A stretch of DNA of 64,000 nucleotides from Eledone cirrhosa (lineage: Eukaryota), in NCBI GenBank assembly GCA_964016885.1, contig OZ024747.1, positions 14,446,001-14,510,000 of the forward strand, in the 5' to 3' direction. Position numbers and translations under genes: made by a program. The notes beneath the pieces were generated by a model. The model searched no databases. It had not been told where the DNA came from and saw only the letters and a list, made by a program, of their open reading frames with translations. Each line of letters opens with the position of its first letter. The first letter of the stretch is position 1. Positions 57,189 to 64,000 of this stretch are shown here, piece by piece.

Positions 57189-57743
57189 CTTCAAAATATT
57201 AATAAATATAGACATTCATGTGATCAAATATATTTTATATACACATTTCAGAGGTACGTCCTCATCAGATAAAATAAATTGATGTCTGACATCCCTCAAC
57301 TGTGCTGATGGTTCAATTCCAGTCTTGGAATATATATATAGAGAGGCAGTTGATGTCGCGGTGTTGGGTATTTGCACCGGTCTCTGTGTCCTTTGTTCAA
57401 ATACTTCCGAGTTCCATTTTGCCGTTCATTCATTCGAAGTTGATAAAGTAAGTACTCGCCAGTACTAGTGAAGTATTTTATCTTTTCAGTTGTCATACAC
57501 AGGCGGTACCACTGAACAAAGAGAGAGAAGCCTTGTAGGATATTTGAATCTGTTTGCAACTACATGGTTAATACTACCAAGTCATGCTCGATTTCAAGTG
57601 TCGATTGTAGAGGTTGTACATGCACAATCAGTCTTGGCTACAGTCTCATTCATACGTTTTCCACGTAACAAGAAATTGCAGACATCCACACGTATATGTG
57701 TCGATTCAGACACACTCGCATGCACGAACACAAAAACTCTCAT

Positions 57744-57805
<62 letters not shown>

Positions 57806-57847
57806 ACATCCAGACATATATATGCGTGTATATATATATATATTCCT

Positions 57848-58040
57848 AACGATCGACTTTCGTCAAATCCATTGGTCTTTCCAATTGCTAATACTATCTA
57901 TCGGTCGCAACTCCAGGTAGAAGGAGCAACGTGAAATAAAGTGTCTTGCTCAAGGACATAACGCATCGCCCGGTCCAGGAATCGAACTCACAACCTCACG
58001 ATTACGAATCCAATTCTCTAACCACTCAGCCACACGCCTT
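57848..58040 (-). mobile_element. tRNA-derived CORE-like SINE (family 2) with short 5' duplication
   Basis: Homologous to 26748-26958; ctcagccacacgccttca is repeated at its 5' end. Confidence 0.87.
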
Positions 58041-58062
58041 CACCTCAGCCACACGCCTTCAT

Positions 58063-58276
<214 letters not shown>

Positions 58277-58289
58277 ATCTAAGGCGGGT

Positions 58290-58556
58290 AAAATTCCCGA
58301 GATCCTTGGACGAGTTCTCTCCAGCGGTCTCTGTCCCTCATTATCGCTGCCATGTCCTGCGTCTCCAACAGACCAGTGTCTGTCCTTAGGGCATCAACAT
58401 ACGTTAACCTTGGTCTTCCTCTTCTAGTGTGTCCATGTAATATACACTGAGGATGAATAAATCAGAGCTGTATGGGAGCATCCCAAAAGTCAGCTCAAAA
58501 TTGACACAGAGGAGACTGAGGTTAGCTGGACATGCTCACAGACATCCAGAGTTGAC
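58290..58556 (-). mobile_element. RTE-like LINE 3' fragment with inverted 5' piece
   Basis: Minus strand [20 protein letters not shown]...RDRW; plus strand RRLRLAGHAHRHPEL at ~58508-58555. Confidence 0.7.
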
Positions 58557-58595
58557 ATATATATATATCTATATTTATATATATATATATATAAG

Positions 58596-58665
58596 ACATA
58601 TCTGAGGAACCTTCGAATGCAAAGTCAGGTTCGAGCTGGCCGACGGAGAAACATGTGTAATATGT
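58596..58665 (+). ncRNA. Type I hammerhead motif
   Basis: ACATAT-CTGAGGA-ACCTTCG...CGACGGA-GAAAC-ATGT-GTA|ATATGT, then AATAAA; 6-bp stem I; between (TA)n tracts. Confidence 0.78.
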
Positions 58666-58708
58666 TAATAAATTGTGGTATGTTGCATTACTCATTCCTC
58701 GTTATCTA

Positions 58709-58811
<103 letters not shown>

Positions 58812-59183
58812 AATGGAATAGAATGAAACGAAATTTCATTTCTCACTCTTAGTACCGCTGTTCAAACCGAGCATTATAATAAATGTTCGGTAAACCTATA
58901 CGTGCATATATATATGTGTGCATGTATGTATATGTATATATATACATACTACTGTACGTCTGTATACATATATGTATGTACGTATACATACATACTTACT
59001 TACATCTAAGTAACTGCCGTACTAAGAGTGAGAAATGAAATTTCGTTTCATTCTATTCCATTTATCGTTTTCGGTGTGCCCGCCGACTAAACTCACTCGA
59101 TATGCAAATTACGCTGCTCAGCCGTTAATATGCATCAGGAAAGTATATACTTTCAGACGTTCAACCATCTGGCAGGAAGGTAT

Positions 59184-59226
59184 ACGATGCTGATGATAGC
59201 TAATAAGCTTGAAACTAATACATCGT
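59184..59226 (+). ncRNA. Minimal type I hammerhead motif
   Basis: ACGATG-CTGATGA-T-AGCT-AATA-AGCT-T-GAAA-CTAA-TA|CATCGT; 6-bp stem I, 4-bp stem II. Confidence 0.82.
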
Positions 59227-59325
59227 TCCTGTGTCAGTGTTGAACAAAAAGCTGACGTGGTTGCCTAAACACTGTACGGCGTAATTCGACCATTTCTGTT
59301 GGTTGCATTCTTTAAGGGTATGTCA

Positions 59326-59548
59326 ATATTTATTGATAAAACTGATCTATATAATATTTTATCTGATGAAAGCACACTACGATTTAACTTGGTGTCCTTC
59401 AAATATGTATAATGAAATAAATATGGTATTATAAATATAGTTTCCATTTGTTAATATATCGTATTTTTACTCCAATAATTTGTTGAGTGCTTTATATCAG
59501 TTATAAAAATATTTGCTTGTTGTATCCCAACAATTTAAATAGTACTTC
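59326..59548 (+). mobile_element. Diverged family B copy
   Basis: ttttatCTGATGAaagc...cttcaaatatgtataatgaaataaatatgg...gagtgctttatatcagttata; GAAA decayed. Confidence 0.75.
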
Positions 59549-59584
59549 TACATATATGTACATATATATACGTGTATATATAAT

Positions 59585-59637
<53 letters not shown>

Positions 59638-59658
59638 CATATATATATATATACACGA

Positions 59659-59730
<72 letters not shown>

Positions 59731-59741
59731 ATATATATATA

Positions 59742-59809
<68 letters not shown>

Positions 59810-59830
59810 CATATATATATACACGAATGA

Positions 59831-59866
<36 letters not shown>

Positions 59867-60389
59867 ATGCATATATATATACACGAATGTGTCTGTCTGT
59901 GTGCACATCGTAGCTACATACATGCCATTCACACAATGCCCACTTAATTTGTCTAACAGAAATCTTTCAGCATGAAATGAAATGGCGCTATGAACTCTGT
60001 CAATGTAAAATAAACGGAAAGAATAACTCTCAAGTATCCACCTAGTTTATTAGAGATTTGAGTATCGTTTCTAAATTTTCGACTGTATGGGAAGAATGGA
60101 TAAAAACCAACAACAATAATGACACAAATATTTATATACACAGCACTAGGTCATCTATAAATAATTATCTCTTGTATTGATGTACTGTTATGCTTGTTTG
60201 GCGGATCCAATTCATAATTATGTGTCTGTGTGTGTGGTGAACCACTCTGGATCCTGTCGAAGAATATTTCAGTTGTTGAAACAACAAAACACCTTACTCG
60301 TAAAGTTAACCTGCAAGTGCTTGCACATTCAAAAGACAGGTATTAGATTAATGTAGCTTTTTCTGACAGATTCATCATCCGATGGCCTC

Positions 60390-60800
60390 AGCCGAAATGG
60401 GCTCAACAATTGATCTCCACGTAGGTCTGTCGTTCATTGCCGTTGCCAAGTCCTGGATTTCAACACCGGAATCTCTGGAGATGACATTGGGGCAGGAGAG
60501 CTTGCGCCCCCTGTAATTAGTGAGGTGCTTGTGGCTTCCAAAGAACTAATGGGGACTCAGCCTCGTAGGTAGCACGATAGCAGTGGCCAGCAAATCTTAT
60601 TCTCTTCTTACGTACAACGTGAGAGGCGGGCATATATCTCTGTCAAAGGCAGATGTCACCAGCTTATGTTCTGAATGCGCTGAAGCAGGCGAGAGTATGT
60701 GTCATCAAGGCGCTTTTGTTGATTGGATGAAAGCGTCCATGTTTCAGTGTGACGCAGTCTGTGAGAAAAGTGACTCTTTGAGCCACAGTTACAACTCATT
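60390..60800 (-). mobile_element. Decayed RTE-like LINE 3' fragment
   Basis: ETWTLSSNQQKRLDDTYSRLLQRIQNISW, then RFAGHCYR and ISRDSG..DLATAMNDR. Confidence 0.8.
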
Positions 60801-61158
60801 TTGACCACTGAGTAGATTGGAGTAACGTAAATATATAATATCTTGCTCAATGTCATAATATACCTCCGGGAATGAGGCTCACACTCTTATGACCATTAGT
60901 CGAATATCTTAACAACAAAGCTGCACCCCTACTAAGGGTGGCTATTCTCTGTGTTTGTGTGTGTAGTGTGTGTAGTGTGTGTGTGTGTACATATATATGC
61001 TTATATATATGTGTATGTATATATATAACTCTCAAGTATCCACCTAGTTTATTAGAGATTTGAGTATCGTTTCTAAATTTTCGACTGTATGGGAAGAATG
61101 GATAAAAACCAACAACAATAATGACACAAATATTTATATACACAGCACTAGGTCATCT

Positions 61159-61350
61159 ATAAAATGGGAAAAATTAGCTAAAACCCAAAGCTTTTCCAGG
61201 AGCCAAAATTTCTGCAAATTGTGTAATCTTGAGATTTATTACATAATCACACACAAGAAGAAACTGCTGAATAACAGAATTGAACGAACATTATTCTGCC
61301 GTCACAGAACTAAAACCCTTTTTTCCCACTACAAGCCGAATATTACATAA
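61159..61350 (+). pseudogene. C-terminal fragment of a Penelope-like element GIY-YIG endonuclease
   Basis: IKWEKL...FCKLCNLEIYYI...LLNNRIE...CRHRTK fits the IxW..CxLC..E..I..LLNxRxE...CRH pattern I associate with cnidarian/mollusc PLE endonucleases; preceded by a 139-bp repeat. Confidence 0.7.
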
Positions 61351-61619
61351 AAGAGGGACATCCCCCAACTATATAAACCTTAATCTAGTTAGAAAAATAT
61401 AAAAACAATCTCTTTTCAACATATATTAATAACCTTAAATTACCATACTAATAATGAAAAGATATGCTGATGAGAATAGGTACAAATATGCGATAATGAA
61501 TGTGTCTAAAAACGTCCATAAGTATGTATATATATGTGAAAATGTATATAAATAAGTAAATATATATATATGTTTGATGTGTATAGTTAGATGTAAGTGT
61601 ATTCATGTATTAAAGTGCT

Positions 61620-61668
<49 letters not shown>

Positions 61669-62300
61669 GTATGTGTATATATATATATATATATATGTAT
61701 GTATATATATGTATATGTATATATGTATGTATATATGTGTATGTATGTATGTGTATATGGATGTGTATGTATGTGTATGTGTGTACACATGGACTAGAGT
61801 ATGTATGTATATATGTGTGTGTCTATACGTGTGTATATATAAAGATAAGTTGAGTATGAAAATGTATACACATGAGCGCGTATGTATGTACATGAATACA
61901 TGTGTGTATATATATGTGTATGCATGTGTATATATATGTAAGTATGAATATGTGAATTGTGAGTATATGTATTTTGTAGAGGTGTGCAAATATATTTGTG
62001 TGTGAATGCGTGGGTGAAAGAATACGTACACTTGAAAGAAAAATTTAAGTCTGAATGTTAAGTGCAAACACAAAACCAACCACGCATATCTTTACTATCT
62101 CTAATCCTTCTATAGATTTAGAAAAATAACCAATAATATATTCTATAAAAAATGTCAAAACAACAGATGGGAATCTAATTAATCACTGCCACCAAGAATT
62201 CTCACTGCTATCGAAAAACCACTCCTTCAACTATTCTTCTAACAACTTCACCCCTTCCTCCTAATATTCTCTATAAAAACTAAATAGGTCCTCAGTAATA

Positions 62301-62417
62301 TTATTCTGATGAAATGACAGTAAACAATAACATTGAAATATTGAATGTCTGCATAACTAAAAGTTTGTAGATAGCTGTTTTAGGTTATGTAACTGTTATA
62401 GAAACACGTGTCAATAA
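62301..62417 (+). ncRNA. Type I hammerhead with long stem II (family F)
   Basis: TTATT-CTGATGA-A-ATGACAGT...ACTGTTAT-A-GAAAC-ACGT-GTC|AATAA; element ends in (TA)n at ~62455. Confidence 0.85.
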
Positions 62418-62451
62418 ATTCCTTTCAACTAAACTGTATCCATTCAAATCT

Positions 62452-62730
<279 letters not shown>

Positions 62731-62941
62731 AAACATATATATATCTGTATATATATATATATATGTATATATACACATACATATATATGTAATATATATA
62801 TAGATATGTTTATATATTGTTATACTTTGGGAGGGTCATGTTCATCATTGGCAACATGACCCTCCCAAAGTATAACAATATCGGTTTCAACACACGATTT
62901 CAGATAAAGAATCTTGCTAAACAAATTCAGAAACGAAATAT

Positions 62942-62999
<58 letters not shown>

Positions 63000-63065
63000 A
63001 TATATATGTAATATATATATATGTTTATATATATATATATTAATATATACACATAAATATATATG

Positions 63066-63140
<75 letters not shown>

Positions 63141-63154
63141 ATTAACAATATTAA

Positions 63155-63570
63155 CAATATTAAATAAATGGAAAACTATATTTATAAAACCATATTTATT
63201 TCATTATATATATTTCGGGGATATCATATTAACAAAATGCTATGCCTTCATCAGACAAAATACAATATAAACAGTTTTATAGATAAATAGATTCGACATA
63301 CCGTAATAAACATCGACTTCATTTGAAGAGGTTTACGCTAGCAGTGAACATTTTATACAGAGAGAAAGAAAGAGAGAAAAAAGAAAGAAAGACAAAACGA
63401 AGAAAAGGAAGAAAAAGAAGAAAAAGAAAAAGAAGAAATGCATGAAACAAAATAGAGAGATGGAAAAATACAATTTAATATTGTAAATATACTCCAAATA
63501 TTTGTCGAGTGCTTTTATATCAGTTATAAATATTTACTAGTTGTAACCCAACAATTTTAAATATAACTTT
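63155..63570. mobile_element. Family B inverted insert; canonical hammerhead at 63199-63260 (minus)
   Basis: Minus strand TTTTGT-CTGATGA-AGG...CCC-GAAA-TATATATA|ATGAAA; plus arm 63472-63570. Confidence 0.85.
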
Positions 63571-63698
63571 ACATGTATATATATATATATATATATGCAC
63601 GTATATACGTGAAGAAGCAGACAAGAATTCGGTTCTCACTCTTGAGATGCTGGGTTCAATCTCACCCGGTGGCATCTGAGGAAATTTTACATTATAAA

Positions 63699-63752
<54 letters not shown>

Positions 63753-63899
63753 AGAGAGAGAGAGAGAGAGAGAGAGACAGTGAGAGAGAGAGAGAAAAAG
63801 AAAGTGATTTGATAGATAGGTAGATAGATACCTATCAATATCAATATAAAAATATATTTAAATCTGTAGACACACACAGACATAAACACGCACACACAC

Positions 63900-63966
<67 letters not shown>

Positions 63967-64000
63967 CACACACATATATATTTATACATTTATACATATG

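Overview
AT-rich, microsatellite-saturated animal genomic DNA, intergenic or intronic. The SINE families and repeat landscape suggest an octopus; this is inference. I cannot support any host protein-coding exon, and almost all ORFs in the track are translated simple repeats. Recognisable elements: a degenerate R4/Dong-like non-LTR retrotransposon (RT, CCHC, restriction-like endonuclease) in a (CATA)n tract with an 18-bp TSD; an L1/Tx1-like 3' fragment in (TATC)n; RTE fragments; two tandem non-autonomous Helitrons; and two tRNA-SINE families. The main hidden signal is dozens of short inserts in (TA)n tracts, often as diverging inverted pairs, that carry type I hammerhead ribozyme folds from more than 10 unrelated families. 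These are most likely Penelope-like pseudo-LTRs or retrozymes, and a Penelope-like GIY-YIG C-terminal fragment is present. Two families, possibly three, use the non-canonical U3-A8 core (UUGANAA). Many have greatly extended stem II and palindromic stem III. One family is a young 595-bp non-coding unit present as circularly permuted tandem and inverted copies, resembling a retrozyme copied from circular RNA. All folds were derived by eye, and boundaries of diverged repeats are approximate.
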